Source: the human T2T-CHM13v2.0 reference genome, Homo sapiens
Direction: 5' to 3' (one strand)
DNA: 64,000 nt
Assembly (NCBI RefSeq): GCF_009914755.1
Contig: NC_060939.1
Shown: in pieces, positions 40,770-54,826 of the stretch
Position numbering within the stretch: the first letter of the stretch is position 1
Layout of the letters: each line of letters starts with the position of its first letter
Made by a program: the position numbers and the translations under genes
Notes under the pieces: generated by a model
Seen by the model: the letters and a program-made list of their open reading frames with translations, nothing else
The model's database searches: none
What the model was told of the DNA's origin: nothing

Positions 40770-41252
40770 TATTTTATTTGGAGTACAGGTCAAAATGCTG
40801 TCATAAAGATATTCAAAAATAGAGTGGGGCAAAAACACTAGAAGCCTATTTTCCTCTCAGGTAACAATTCAGAGATGGGCAGTCCAAAGCTGGTGGCTCT
40901 GCTTCCTCCATGGAAGGAAGGTAGAGCCCAGACCCTGGTCCTCTCTGCCATCCCCGACATGTGGCTCCCATCTCTGGGCCCAAGGCAGCTGAGCCAGCTC
41001 TTGTCATTCCCTGAAGGGGTAATGAGAGAGAGTGGATTGTATATAAGTCAACCTTAAATGGTCACTTCTTGTTCATCACCGTACAAGAATTTAGTAACCA
41101 AGTCACCTCTCACCAGAAGGGAGGCTGGGGAATATAGTATCTAGCTGATTTACCATGTCTTGCGAGATTTAGGGGTAAATTGGTGGAGAGTTTCTGTTAC
41201 TAAAGTAAAGGAGCAAACACACAATGGAAAAAAATCATCAGTGTCTGCCACA
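40770..41252 (-). mobile_element. Old MaLR LTR (MLT1J/K/L-like)
   Basis: 'aagggaggctggggaatatagtatctagct..ttctgttactaaag..gtgtctgccaca'. Confidence 0.7.
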
Positions 41253-44200
41253 ACTAGACAAAACCGTATCTGTATCCTGGGTGTATGGGTCCATGATGGG
41301 GAAGTGGGATGAGCGGAGGAGGTGACGAAAAGAAATTGTCCTGAGAGGAAGCCAAGGGCAAAACTTTACTCTTGTAGCCTTTACTCCGTAGTCAAAGGGA
41401 AGGAACAGTGTGAGGATAACGTGGAATTGGCCACTTTTCTATCTCAGCCCCTATGCACATGAATGTGAGTCACTGGGAAAGAGAAAGGAGACATTTTTCA
41501 ACAAACACTTTTTCACCCAAAGGCTCTGGGATATGATGGGGAAAGAGCTATGCAGAGTAGTGAGTACAACCTTTTAGCATCTCTAGAAGAGGCAGTATTG
41601 TGGAAGCAGTTCCAATGGTAACTATCTGAATGGTGCCAGGACAGTGTAAATAGCATTAGGACCAGTATTGGGTTAGAGCTGGCATTAGCAGACGTGAGGA
41701 CACACAAGCAGGCTGGAGGACCAACTTCAGTGGATGAGAGGAGTAGGAGATAATGAAAGGCATTGACAGTGAGAAGACACTGTAAGCCCTGCCCCAATCC
41801 CCAGAGCCATAGTGTCAGAAGATGGTTGTTTGGAAGGGGTCCTCAGGAGGGAAAGTTGACCTCAACTCTAAATGAGACTACAAAGTTATGTGATGTCATT
41901 GGAAAAGTTCATTTTTGAAAACTATACAAACAGTAAAACAAATTTCCCTTTCTGTTTCTCTCCCCACTAAAAATGTTGACATGTGGCATAGTGTCTGCTT
42001 ATCTTATGCCCAGACATTAGTTTTGTAGATTCAGTAGTCTACGGTGATTAGGTACAGAAAAGTTGAAATAAAACAGCATTTACTGAAATGACTATTTACA
42101 TTATTTAATGAGCGAGTATAAGATAATCCAAACGGCAAATCCTAAAATACATTCATCAGCAGTTTTTCTCTAAATTAACAAATATAGAACTCAAAATTGT
42201 CCTCTTCTAAGATCATTAGAAAAGCCAAACAATATAAAAGCGACTTCCCTCTTTGTATAAAAGGTCCATCGATTTTTGTCTCTCAATACACAGTAACCCT
42301 ATCTTCAAAGTGACAAAAGAAGCATCTTTGTGTAAATGCTTTGAACTGCATGTAGTGCAGACTTTACATAAGAGTCAAGTTAAAATTCATTCCACGTGTT
42401 CTGAAAGTATAGTATTCTACCAGATGAGTTTGGGTGGATGCAGAACAGTTCAGCACATTTGATTTTCCATTGACTTGATGTTTATGTTGGGTGTTCAATT
42501 GTTTTAAAGCATGACTAAAGAGTGTAAAATACTATAGAAATTCATGGGTCCAGAAGAATTCTCTGCTCCGCTGAATTCCCTATGCTACATCTATTTGTAT
42601 TTTCTGGACCTATTTTTTTTTTTTTCCAAACCTTTCGAGTGTTTGGGAATTGCAGTGTTTGAGAAAAGTGGTCATCATAAATAACAATTTTCTATTTAAA
42701 AACCTTTCTGCAAATAAGGTTTTTTTTTTTTTCCTCTCTCATAAAGGTGGAGAATTCCTTAAAAATTTCAAGAAGAAGAAAGTGAAGAAAGGGTAATTTT
42801 CTTCAGGGCAATGAGATGTCTCAGGGATATGTTAGTTGACTTTTATATTTTTATATCTCTCTCTTCATGCCATGGAAGATTACTAAATGTTGACAGAACA
42901 TGGGGTGGGTAGGAGGGGAGGGAGTAATGTTGTCAATGTGGGATAGATTGTTAGAAGTAATTGGCCTTACTTATGATTTAACTCTAAGGGAAAACGCTGT
43001 AGGAAGCTCAAATTTTTATTGCCATGTTTTATTATTTTTATTTAGTATTAGCTTTTCCTTTAAAACATCTGGCCTCCTTCACTTGCCCTGATCTTCTCCA
43101 CAAGCAAATGAATGCTGCTGATCATGTGGTCATCCCTGGATGAGACTCTCCCTTCCACCTCTCCCTTGACTATGAGGTTGTCACATTATAATTCAAGATT
43201 TCTTTCTCTTTCCTTTTTTTTTTTTTTTTTTGCTGGCAAAACCTGCTTTTCACTTGTATTAAAACTGTCAAAACTGCCCAAAGGGAAAAAGTATATGTTT
43301 TCCCCTTGGTACTGAAAAGAGTGAAGAAGCATATTTTGGCAGTTTCAGTGTAGGTGTGAAATTTTTCACACAGCTCTACTAGGGAGGTACACAAGTCTGG
43401 CCCTGTTGAATCATCTGATATTTCATGGATGGCATTTTCTTTAAAAGGTATGGCCTAGGGCTAAATTAAAAGATGGGGATTTAAACTAGAAATGATAGCA
43501 TTCCGTTGAAACAATTGTCAATTACGTGAAAGATACTGTTGCATATTTAGAAAACAAATGGTGCCCCTTTAAATTTTCCCCATGGCAAGTTTTATTGTAA
43601 AGTAAAGATCTAGAGTTATACATCAAAAATATATTTTGGCTTACAGAACCCACAACATAACAATGCAAAATATATTAGACTTTGAGGTACTGATTTTACA
43701 TGAAAGCTTATCAGTTAGTGAAATGCAGAAACCAATGAAGCATCACCATGGCTGGGTAGGAGATCTGTTGATGCAATTTATGTTTACATTTAAACCAGTT
43801 ACTGGCTTTTCTGCATTTAAAAGGCATGGCATATATTCTTAGAAGTTTTTTTTATTCAATCAAATTGATTGCATTGATTTCATATTCCATATTAAACTAC
43901 AGTCTTACTTTAGATTTGACACATTTTGATGACCATTAACAAAAGTACCAAAGCTTGGCTAAAATTTATGGACTTTTTTTCCCCTTGAAGATTTGGCTGC
44001 CCACACATGAATATAAATATTGATTTCATTTTATACACAATTTATAGACTGGTCTGTTGGTGAGTTTACCCCACATTTGTTTAATAACAGTGGAAACTTA
44101 CTGAGCTAAAATGTCTACAGTCCGTGCCCTGATTTCATCACTTTTAGAATATCAGGCTAGTAATATATCAGATTCATAGAAAAGAGAACTGTGATTTTTA

Positions 44201-45276
44201 AATCTAATAATATTCATATAACCAATCCTTTAGACTTAACCAGCAAAGATGTCCCAATACAATGAAGTTTTATTTTAGTGCATTTAGAATACTTAAAAAC
44301 TCATGATGCATACAAGAACTACTGATTTCTACTCCCAATAGAAAGTATCTGGGATATGCTTTGGATTCACAATCTCTTTTCAGTCCTCAGACATTTAGTA
44401 ATGTTGATTTTCTTCTCAGATATTGTGTGTCCTTAACTTTAATTTTTATTCTAGAATCAGTTTTAGAGATATGAGGAAACTTCTCTAATGAAGAAATCTC
44501 TCCTAATTTATCACTCGTCTTTGCTTAAACATTGTTTTTCTTTTTCAGGAAACACCATTATATTTTATAACCACTCAAACTTTAAAGGTGAATTCTCATG
44601 ATAAAATGAAATCCCCTTCCCCATGATTTCCACTTAAATTAATTTTCTCTGGGGCCATAGAGAATAAATCCACTCATGATTATAGTTCAGATATTAATGG
44701 ATGTTTTTCATACTTTCCTTTGGCTCTCATTTCTTCGGGTTTAAAGCCCTCAGTCCCCTTCAGTCCATTGGCAGTAAGTTTGTAATCTCTTACATAGGAC
44801 ATTCATGAACTCTCCCCTTACCTTTTTGAGTTTCATCCCAATGTTTATGTTTCTACCTTAGTAGTCTTTTTAACTACTTTTTAACACATGTATTCTGATC
44901 AAGATAAAATTGTAGCGTAGAAATTTGACATTTGCATGAATCACAATTTGGGTTCCCAGAACACCAAGTTTCCAGAACACTGTGTACATATATCCTTTCA
45001 TCATTGTGCATCTCAGCATTCACCCCATGCAACCATCAAACCAGCAGCCTAAGAAGCAGGCAGGGAATTTCTCAAATGCTCCAAATAGCTGCACATCACT
45101 ACAGATTATGACTGCTTGGATTTAGGGAACATTTTTTTGGCTGGGGAAACATTCCAATGGGATAGATTAATCTATGTAAACCACATAGCTCAGCTGAAAC
45201 TGCTGTTCGGCATTCTAAATTGCCAGCTCTGTCGCCTTTCTGCACAAAAATGCACATTTCTTCCTATAATAAAGAT

Positions 45277-45434
45277 ATTTTATAATAGCAATAAGGCAAC
45301 TCCAGGGTATGTGGTTATCATGAGATAATCGTACCCTAGAGGGATTACAGACACTTGGCTGTGCTTCATAACACCCCATGTGTGTGTTTATCTCATGATA
45401 ACCACACTCGCTTTTGTATCTTATTGCCTAATTA
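45277..45434 (-). mobile_element. Eulor8-like ancient low-copy repeat with hairpin
   Basis: Perfect 19-bp inverted repeat at 45310-45328/45388-45406 and an outer GCAATAAG/CTTATTGC pair. The reverse complement resembles the recalled Eulor8 core. Confidence 0.7.
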
Positions 45435-46309
45435 TCCTCTTGTAATGCAAAATACTAATTTTTTGTCTGAAACAATACGTGCAAGGATGCATTGCTAACA
45501 ATCACAGGAGGACATTGACAAACAATGCTGCTATTACTGTAGATTCACTTCCCAGAAGAAAATTGATGTACAAGAAAAAACTTGTAAGAGTGATATGTGA
45601 CAATTCCAGTCCATCTTTGAATGAGCTGCTTCTTCAAAGAACTATATAGAGGTCTCTGTCTTACCCACTAATGTTATAAGATAAATTACCCAGACATTTT
45701 TTCTCTCTTTTACGATAAGATTTTTCATTTATAATTGAAAACTAAAGAATGAGCAGAAATTTCAAGCCTGAAAAAGTAAAGACAGTAACTTCATTTGCTT
45801 CCAAAAAGTTAGTGACAGAAATTGATTTTGATTTATTGTTATCTAATTTTAAAAGAATATTTGTATGCTGCTTAGTCACTCCTCTACATATATTTCCCCT
45901 GTCGACCTTTCAAGTTGAAAAATATGTATTAAATTTTGTACCTTACAGTAATGTGATTTAAACAAGTTCTTCAATCTCAAATCATTTTACTAATTTTTAT
46001 GGAGTGGAATTATTGCCTACATAATTATCTCAATTCTGCATAGTAATATTTATTATTTTTATCTTATATTATTATATAACAAAGCCAATTGTGATTATAA
46101 GTACAGATTTCCTATGAATCTGATCTCAAAAATGAAGACATTCAAGTTTATTTTCTAATGTTGTATTTGTAGATCTTTAAGTATAGTTAAGTCCCTGCAA
46201 AGATCATTAAGGACTTTCTAGTATTTCATTACTTCAATTAAATTATTTCAAGCAAAAATAAAATCTAGTTTTTCAAGACTTTTATGAAAAAATGATATAT
46301 TATTGAAGT

Positions 46310-46520
46310 TCATTTTATACATATATCTAGAGAGACACACACCTATATACATACACATAATACATGTGTATATGTATGTGTGTAGGTGTCTCTCTATATA
46401 GAGTGCATATACTGTGTGTATATATAGAGTGCACATGTATATTCTCATTTTTCTATATTCTCATCAAAATGGCTTGTGAAAAATTATATATTTATATTTA
46501 TATATATTAATATATATAAA
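46310..46520. repeat. AT/CA-rich low-complexity tract
   Basis: Degenerate (TA)n, (CA)n and (TG)n runs. Confidence 0.75.
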
Positions 46521-47799
46521 ATATTTCACAAGTCATTTCGACGGCTCAAGAAATCTATTCTTTTGTAAGTCCTAAATTATAAAGCTCAGAATTTTCCTGC
46601 AACTTGCACCCAAATACCACCTGTATTTTTCATAAATAGTACTTCAGTGCTTGTTTTCACAGACCATGACTATTACTCTCAAGGCCACTCTTTGTATTTT
46701 CTTAACCTTACAAACTTAGTTTCCTTTTCCTGGATTCTGCCTTCATAAATATCCTTGGTTCAAATTTGCTTCAATTCAATAAACTGGTCTTTCTGAACTG
46801 TCTGGTTATGGGCTGCAAGACGAGCTGTTCTTCTATCCCAGGAGTCCTGTTCCAAGGGTACATTCTTGAACTTTGATTTTAGGAATAGAGTATCCATCTG
46901 CATTTACTAACAGAGACTGCACTAAATCTCAATCTATAAACGGCAGGTAGATACAGCAACAATTATTAGTGACTTGTGGGCAGCATTAGGTTGTTATTAA
47001 GAACTAAAGGGTAAAAAAAAAAGTACTTTAGAAGTTGCTACTCCACTAACAGGAAAAATGCAATGTTTACTGAAGTCTCAATTATTCTCTGGCAGGTAAT
47101 TCATGGGAAACACTATTTTCTTGTTTTTAGACACGAGTATATTTTCTTAGAACTGAAAGGCATCTTAGAGCTCATCTATTCCAATCACCTCTTTATATAA
47201 TCAAGAAAATTTGAGAACACCATCTATTTATTTATCTTTAGGTAAGAGCTGAAAAGGAAGATCCTTTAAATCAATACACATAATTATCTACACCAGAGAT
47301 GGTGTGAGTCTGAAATTAAGCAAACTTAGCTAAAGTAAACTTTTTTAGACTAATGCTATGTATTATTCAATCCTTTCTTAGTATGCAATTGGGGAACAAT
47401 ACAGAGTAGAATAGCCTGAATAGGTGAAAATATTGTGCAGCATTTCAAACTTTTGAATGCCCTGTATTTTCATTTGACTTGAATAAATTTCTAAATGTAG
47501 TTGGAGAACCCTGTTAGAATTCACTAGATATCAAGCAGATACTACGAAGAGCACCACTACTAGAAAACATCTAGATCCTGGATACGCTTGCACAAATACG
47601 ATTTAATGCATTGCTGAAATCACATGAAAAAAAGGGAAATTTTCTCAGAACGAATACATACATAAAGAAATAAAAAGGAACAGTGACCTGAAAGCAGAGT
47701 AAGAGTGGCAAGATGTGAGTAAATAGGAAAGAAAATGCTGCTCTTGGGGTAAATGGGAATGCTAGTCCTGGGACAGGAAAACTATGCCTTAGGCCCATG

Positions 47800-47800
<1 letters not shown>

Positions 47801-47842
<42 letters not shown>
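47801..47842. repeat. Poly(T)42
   Basis: Uninterrupted T run. Confidence 0.97.
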
Positions 47843-47843
<1 letters not shown>

Positions 47844-47869
47844 GTTATGGCAATCCAAGTTGTGGAGAA

Positions 47870-48738
47870 ATTCATAACAAAATGTTTTAAATACTTTGGA
47901 AACTAAAAAATACAGTTTAAAGTAACATGGTATAGATAAGAAAACAATGGAATTTGGAGAAAAAACACAATTGAATGATAATTAAGATACTGTAAAACAA
48001 ACTTTGTACAATGCTGCAAAAGTGACACATTTAAGGGATATTTACAGCCTCAAACTATATTAGAAAAAAATTTTAAAATGATAACTTAAGCACCTAATAT
48101 AAGAAATTATAAAAGGAACAATGAATACTTAAATATTGTAGATAACCTAAAGCAATAGCCACATTTATGGAAAAATATAACTTCTTATAAATGCCTTGAA
48201 AAGGCATTGAAAATGTATATATTATATAGGTATTAGAGTATTTGAAAACCAGGACCAGATGGTTTTACCAGCGAAGTCTAAAACCTTTCAAGGAGCACAC
48301 CATTTCAATCTTACATAAATTCTGCCAGAGGACATAAAAATAGGGGGCACTACAAGTCATACTATGAGACTAGTATAACTCTGAAATCAAAACCAGAAAA
48401 AGGGTATACAAGGTAAGAAAACTCCAAGTCCATTTCATGCATGATTTTATATGCAAAAATTTCTCAAAACACATCCAATTTTAGAAAAAAAGTAACAAAT
48501 ATCAACTTACATTTATTATAGAAATATTCAAGGGTGATTTAATGCCAGGAAACATAACTGTGATTCACCAAATCTGCAGATTAAAGAAGAAAACTCAAAT
48601 TATTTTCTCAACAGATACAGAAAAATCATTTGATAAAACTGAATATCCACTAATATATTTGTATAAAACAAACACAAATCTCTTATAGCATACTAGGTCT
48701 TGAAGGGAGTATTCTTTAACTGATAATCTACCCAACAC
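47870..48738 (+). mobile_element. Old L1M ORF2 fragment (host of an L1PA insertion)
   Basis: 'ccaggaccagatggttttacc..tctcaacagatacagaaaaatcatttgataaaa' corresponds to the L1 motifs PGPDGF and SIDAEKAFDK. Confidence 0.85.
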
Positions 48739-50098
48739 TGGTATAGACCAATGGAACAGACTACAGAGCCCAGAAATAAGGCCACACATATACAACCATT
48801 TGACGTTGGACAAAGCTCACAAAAAACAAGGAGGAAAGGACTCTCTATTTAATAAGTAGTGCTGGGATAACTGGCTAGCCATACGCTGAAGATTGATACT
48901 AGACCCCTTCCTTACGCCATATACAAAAATCAACTCAAGATGGATTAAAGACTTAAATTCAAAACTCAAAACTATAAAAACTCTGGGAGACAACCTAGGC
49001 AATACCATTTTGGACATAGGAATGGGCAAAGAGTTCATGATGAAGACACCAAAGGCAATTGCAACAAAAGCAAAAACTGACAAATGGGATCTAATTAAAC
49101 TAAAGAGCTTCTGCACAGCAAAAGAAACTATCAAGAGAATCAACAAATAGCCTGAAGAATGGAAGGAAATATTTGCAAACTATGCATCTGACAAAGGTCT
49201 AATAACCCCATTTATAAGGAACCTAAACAAATTTATAAGAAAAAAAACCCATTAAAAAGTGGGCAAAGGAAACGAACAGACACATTTCAAAAGAAGACGT
49301 ACGTGCAGCCAACAAGCATGTGAAACAAAGTATCACTGATCATTAGAGAAAAATTCGGATCAAAGCCACAGTGACATACCATCTCACACCAGTCAGAATA
49401 GCTATTATCAAGGTAAAAAAATAACAGATGCTGGCAAGGTTGCAGAGAAAAGGGAACATTTATAAGCTGTTGGCAGGAATGCAAATTAGTTCAACCATTT
49501 TGGAAAACAGTGTGGCAATTCCTCAAAGAGCTAAAAACAAAACTACCACTAGACCCAGAAATCCCATTACTGGATATATACCCAAATAAATATAAATCAT
49601 TCTGCCATGAAGACACATAAACACCTATGTTCTTTGCAGCCCCATTCACAACAGCAATGACATGGAATCAACATAAATGCACATCAGCGGTAGACTGGAT
49701 AAAGAAAATGTGGTGAATATATACCGTGGAATACTATGCAGCCATAAAAGAGAATTAGATTACGTCTTTCGCTGGAACATGGATGGAACTGAGGGCCATT
49801 ATCCTTCACAAACTAATGCAGGAACAGAAAACCAAATACCACATATTCTCACTTGTAAGTGGGAGCTAAATGATGAGAAGGCATAGACACAAAGAGGGGA
49901 ACAACACACACTGGGGTCTACCTGAGGGTGGAGGATGGGAGGAGAGAGAAGAGCAGAAAAAAAATAACTAATGGGTACTAGGCTTAGTACCTGGGTGATA
50001 AAATAATCTGTAAAACAAAGCCCCGTGACACGAATTTACCTATAGAACAAACCTGCACGTGTACTTCTGAACCTAAAATGAAAGGTTTTTTTTAAGTG
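48739..50098 (+). mobile_element. 5'-truncated L1PA15/16-like insertion
   Basis: ORF2 C-terminal peptide [36 protein letters not shown] plus 3'UTR. TSD TCTACCCAA(A)CAC at 48727 and 50099. Confidence 0.9.
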
Positions 50099-51290
50099 TC
50101 TACCCAAACACCTACAGCAAACAACATTCTTAATGGTAAAACATTAGAATCACAGCTATTAATATCAGGAAGGAGGTACACTAAAACTAATTGTTGCCAA
50201 CATTCTTCTAAAGTTTCTAGCCCCTACAATAAAAGGAACAAAACATTTACATGATTTGGAAAGGAAGAAACGTAACTCGTATTTGTTGATAAAATATTTC
50301 TCAATATAGACAATCACAAAGAATGTTATGGAACAATATTTGGAAAATTAGATCGATAAGTAAGGTTACTAGACATATAAGATGATACAAACCGTTATAT
50401 TTGTAAACAATAGCAATAAATGATTTGAAAAATTAAAGTAACAATGTACAATAACAACAAATAGATGATTCCTAAAAATCTAAGAAAAACATGCAAGACT
50501 TTTATAAAAAATACACACAGAAAAACAATAAAGAAAATCTCAAAAAACAATACTATATTCATGGATTAAAAAAACACCCCGAATCACTGAAAAGTTTCAA
50601 CGCAATTTCGATCCAAACCCCAATGGAAACTTTTAAAGGAACTTGACAAACAGACTCTGAAATGTATAGAAAAGACATAAGGCATAAGAAAAATTAAGCC
50701 ACTCCTAAAGAATAATAAAATGGGGAGCTTACTCTGCCAGATATCAAAACTCATCACGCAGCTGTGGTTTAAGACAGTATGGTGCCGGTGCAGGGATGGA
50801 CACAGAGCTCAATGGAATGGAAAAGAACAGCTATAAACAGATACAGGCATCTCTGGAAATTTGATATATGACAAAGGTGGTGTATAGTCCGTGGAAAAAT
50901 ATCATGATACAGATTAAATGCTGCTGAAACAATTGTTAATCCATATAGAAAAATCACTTAGAACCTTACATTATACAATACAAGAAAATAAACTTAAATA
51001 GATTATAATTAAATGTGTAAGTCAAGATTTTAAAACTTTTAGATTACAATTTAGGAGAATGTCTTTAAGAACTCAGAATTGGAAAGATTTTCTTTGGCAA
51101 GACACACACATGCACATACATTAATCAAAGAAGAATAAATGTTGAGAAATATTATTTTGTAATTTTAAATTTGTTTTATATGAAGAGGCGAAAGAAGATA
51201 ACAAACTTGAAGAATATGTAATCAGCAAGCATTAATAACAGAATATCAAAACAGCTACTACAAATTAAAAAAAGAACCTGATAGAAAATA
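50099..51290 (+). mobile_element. Old L1M ORF2 continuation
   Basis: 'cctacagcaaacaacattcttaatggt' (PTANI.LNG-like) resumes the host element, followed by 'actctgccagatatcaaaac..gacagtatggtg'. Confidence 0.8.
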
Positions 51291-51299
51291 TTATGTTTT

Positions 51300-51992
51300 A
51301 GATTGCTAAAACCCATAACCCCTGTCAAATTATGAGAAAAACCCTAGACAAAGAACAATAGAGGAGCTTAGTACAAAATACCTGACCAATACACAAAACT
51401 GCCAAGGCCGGCCAGCCATAGTGGCTCACACCTGTAATCCCAGCACTTTGGGAGGCAGATGCAGAAATATTCCTTGAGCACAGGAGTTCGAGACCAGCCT
51501 GGGCAACATAGTGAGACCTTATCTCTACTAAAAATCAGAAGAAAAAAAAATAGCTGGGTGTGGTGGCACATGCCTCTGATCCCAGCTACTTGGGAGGCTG
51601 AGGTGGGAGGATCACTTGAGCCCGCAGAGTCGAAGCTGGAGTGCAGTGGTGTGATCACAGCTTACTGCTGCAAGACTGTCTCAAAAAACCAAAACAAAAC
51701 GTGCCAAGGTCATCAAAAACAAGGAAATTTGAGAAAATGTCACAGCCAAGAGGACCCTAAGGAGACATGAGGGCCATACATAATATGGCAGCTTAGATGG
51801 GATCCTAGAATGAAAAAAGAACATTAGACTAATGCTAAGGAAATCTAAACAAAATGGAGATTTTATTTAATAATAATGTGTCAAAATTGGTCCAATTGTA
51901 ACAAATGTACCACATTTTAAAAAAGATGCTAAACTAGGGGAAACTGCAGGATATATGGAAATCTCTGCACTCTCTTCTCAATTTTTCTGTAA
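51300..51992 (+). mobile_element. L1MC/L1MD-type 3'UTR, split by an AluJ
   Basis: 'caaggtcatcaaaaacaaggaa..gggatcctagaa..gtaacaaatgtaccaca..tttttctgtaaatc'. Confidence 0.7.
51410..51695 (+). mobile_element. AluJ
   Basis: 'gaggctgaggtgggaggatcacttgagccc'. TSD AAAAC(G)TGCCAAGG. Confidence 0.9.
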
Positions 51993-52250
51993 ATCCTAGC
52001 ACTTTGGGAGGCTGAGGTAGGCAGATTGCTTGAGCCCAGGAGTTTGAGACTACCTGGGCAACATGGTGAAACCCCATCTCTACAAAAAGAAATACCAAAA
52101 AAAATTAGTGTGATGGCGCACGCCTGTAATCCCAGCTCTTTGGGAGGCTGAGGTGGGAGGATTGTTTGAGCCTAGGAGGCCAAGGTTGTGGTGAGCCAAG
52201 ATCACATCACTGTACTGGGCAGCAGAGTGAGATTCTGTCTCAAAAAAAGA
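51990..52250 (+). mobile_element. AluJ lacking its first ~25 nt
   Basis: Begins at 'aatcctagcactttgggagg' and has a J-type right arm. Confidence 0.88.
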
Positions 52251-52254
52251 TACA

Positions 52255-52440
52255 GTATATTTTAAAAATGCATATATGTATACACACACACACAATATGT
52301 AGATATACACATTATTACATATATAGTATGCATACATACATAATATGCATGTATGCATATATAATATGTGTATATCTAATATGTATGTGTGTATATTCTA
52401 TATACACACATACGTATATATGCATATGTATATATGCATT
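52255..52440. repeat. (TA/CA/TG)n low-complexity tract
   Basis: Alternating purine-pyrimidine runs. Confidence 0.8.
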
Positions 52441-52449
52441 TTAGAGAAT

Positions 52450-53540
52450 AGGAAACATTCTCTAAATATGAAAAACTCTCAATCTTTTTGGTAATCAGGG
52501 ATAACCTAGTGAGATGAGAGACAAATGAAAACTCATATTGTACTGTTGAGAGTGCAAACTAATACAATCACTGTAGAAAATAATTTGGCATTATTTTGTA
52601 AATTTAAATACCCTACATCCTATGACCAGCAACTCTATTCCTAGGTATTTAATAAAAACAAAAACAATAATAAGAACAACAACAACAAACTACTGCATAT
52701 ACATATGCAAGAGGTATGCACACAATGTACATAGCAGCATAATTTATAAATGCAAAAAACTAGAACTATGACCATAAGTGAAGAAAATGACAATAAATTG
52801 AGGTGTATTCATACACAGAATATCACAAAGTAACAACACTGCAAATACTATAACATGGATTAATTTGTTTTTAACTTTTATTTTTATTTATTTATTTATT
52901 TATTTTGAGATGGAGTCTTGCTCTGTCACCCAGGCTGGAGTGCATCTCAGCTCACTGCAACCTCTGCCTCCTCCCGGATTCAAGTGATTCTCGTGCCTCA
53001 GCCTCCCGAGTAGCTGGGATTACAGGCACCTGCCACTACACCTGGCTAATTTTTGCGTTTTTAGTAGAGATGGGGTTTCACTGTGTTGGCCAGGCTGATC
53101 TCAAACTCCTGGCCTTGAGTGATCCGCCCCCCGTCAGCCTCCCAAAGTGCTGGGATTACAGGCATGAGCCACTGCGCCGGCTGACGTGGATAAATTTTGG
53201 AAACATGGCATTGACTTGAAAAGCGACTACATACAGTATGATAATATTTCACAGCTTAAAAGGAAGTGAATATAAGCAGCATTTTCTTTAGGGATGCATA
53301 CACATGTGACAAAACATCTAAAGGTGAGAAAATGAAAAACACAAAATTCAGAATAGTGTTTTCCTCTGGGAGGAAGCAAAAGATGGAGCAGGAAAGGAAT
53401 GTTGCAGTAAATGCAAACCTGTGGTTTATACTCTAGATCATAAATGTGGCGGATTTAAAGGTATTCATATTACTATTGTCTCTCAAAACATACATGTATT
53501 CTCATATCTGTATTAAACATATTGAATAATAAAAGCATTT
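52450..53540 (+). mobile_element. L1ME-type 3' end, split by an Alu
   Basis: 'atacaatcactgtagaaaataatttggca..ctatgaccagcaactctattcctaggtat..aaaattcagaatagtgttttcctctggg'. Confidence 0.7.
52867..53182 (-). mobile_element. AluS with (TTTA)n tail
   Basis: Full dimer. TSD ACATGGATTAATTT/ACGTGGATAAATTT. Confidence 0.93.
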
Positions 53541-54227
53541 AAAACTGAAGAAGACTTCATGCCTGGATGATTGGGATAATTCAGTAAAATTCACCAAAAT
53601 GAGTAAGTTCAGCGGGAAGATTACATTTAAAGGGGAAATGAAGTTTTCAGACCTGCTGAGCTTCAAGATTATGGCAGAATATGCATCAATCTGACCAACC
53701 AACAGCAAATTGGTTGCGGTGATGAAGGGTGTGGGAGGAAACATTTGCCTGGCCTGGTGAACTGGTGGAGGGGTTCCTGGAGCTGAACAGAAGTTGAACC
53801 AGTCTTCATCCTGCCTTCTGGTTCAGAGATTACAGCTGTGCCCCCGACTCCATACCCCCTATCTTGTGCCACTTTCTGCGGGATAAACTGACTTGCTTTT
53901 TATTGGCCTTGCTTTCCCCCATCCCTTGTGGATAGTAAGAGTTCAACTTTAATTTGTAAGTTTATTTGGATTGCTAAGTGTAATGTACACCTTTCTCAAC
54001 TGCTGTCTTTCTCTCTCCCATTGTCTTTGTCCTTATGAGCTTGCGATGGTTTTTATTCTCTGTGGTTGATTTGGTGTGGGGTAAAGATAAATTCGTATGT
54101 CCAATAGACCATGATTTACTTGGAATGTCTACCAGAAAGTTACCTTTAAATTTTCAGCATCTCCTCTCAGCTGAATATATTGGTTCCCTGAGTCCCAATC
54201 TGTGTGTTATAGAAAGCCGTATTCTCT

Positions 54228-54826
<599 letters not shown>

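Noticed and set aside
47571-47858. Poly-lysine ORF
   Set aside because: It is an artefact of the poly(T) run.
48817-49886. ORF with L1 ORF2 similarity as a functional CDS
   Set aside because: The L1 is 5'-truncated and carries stops and frameshifts.
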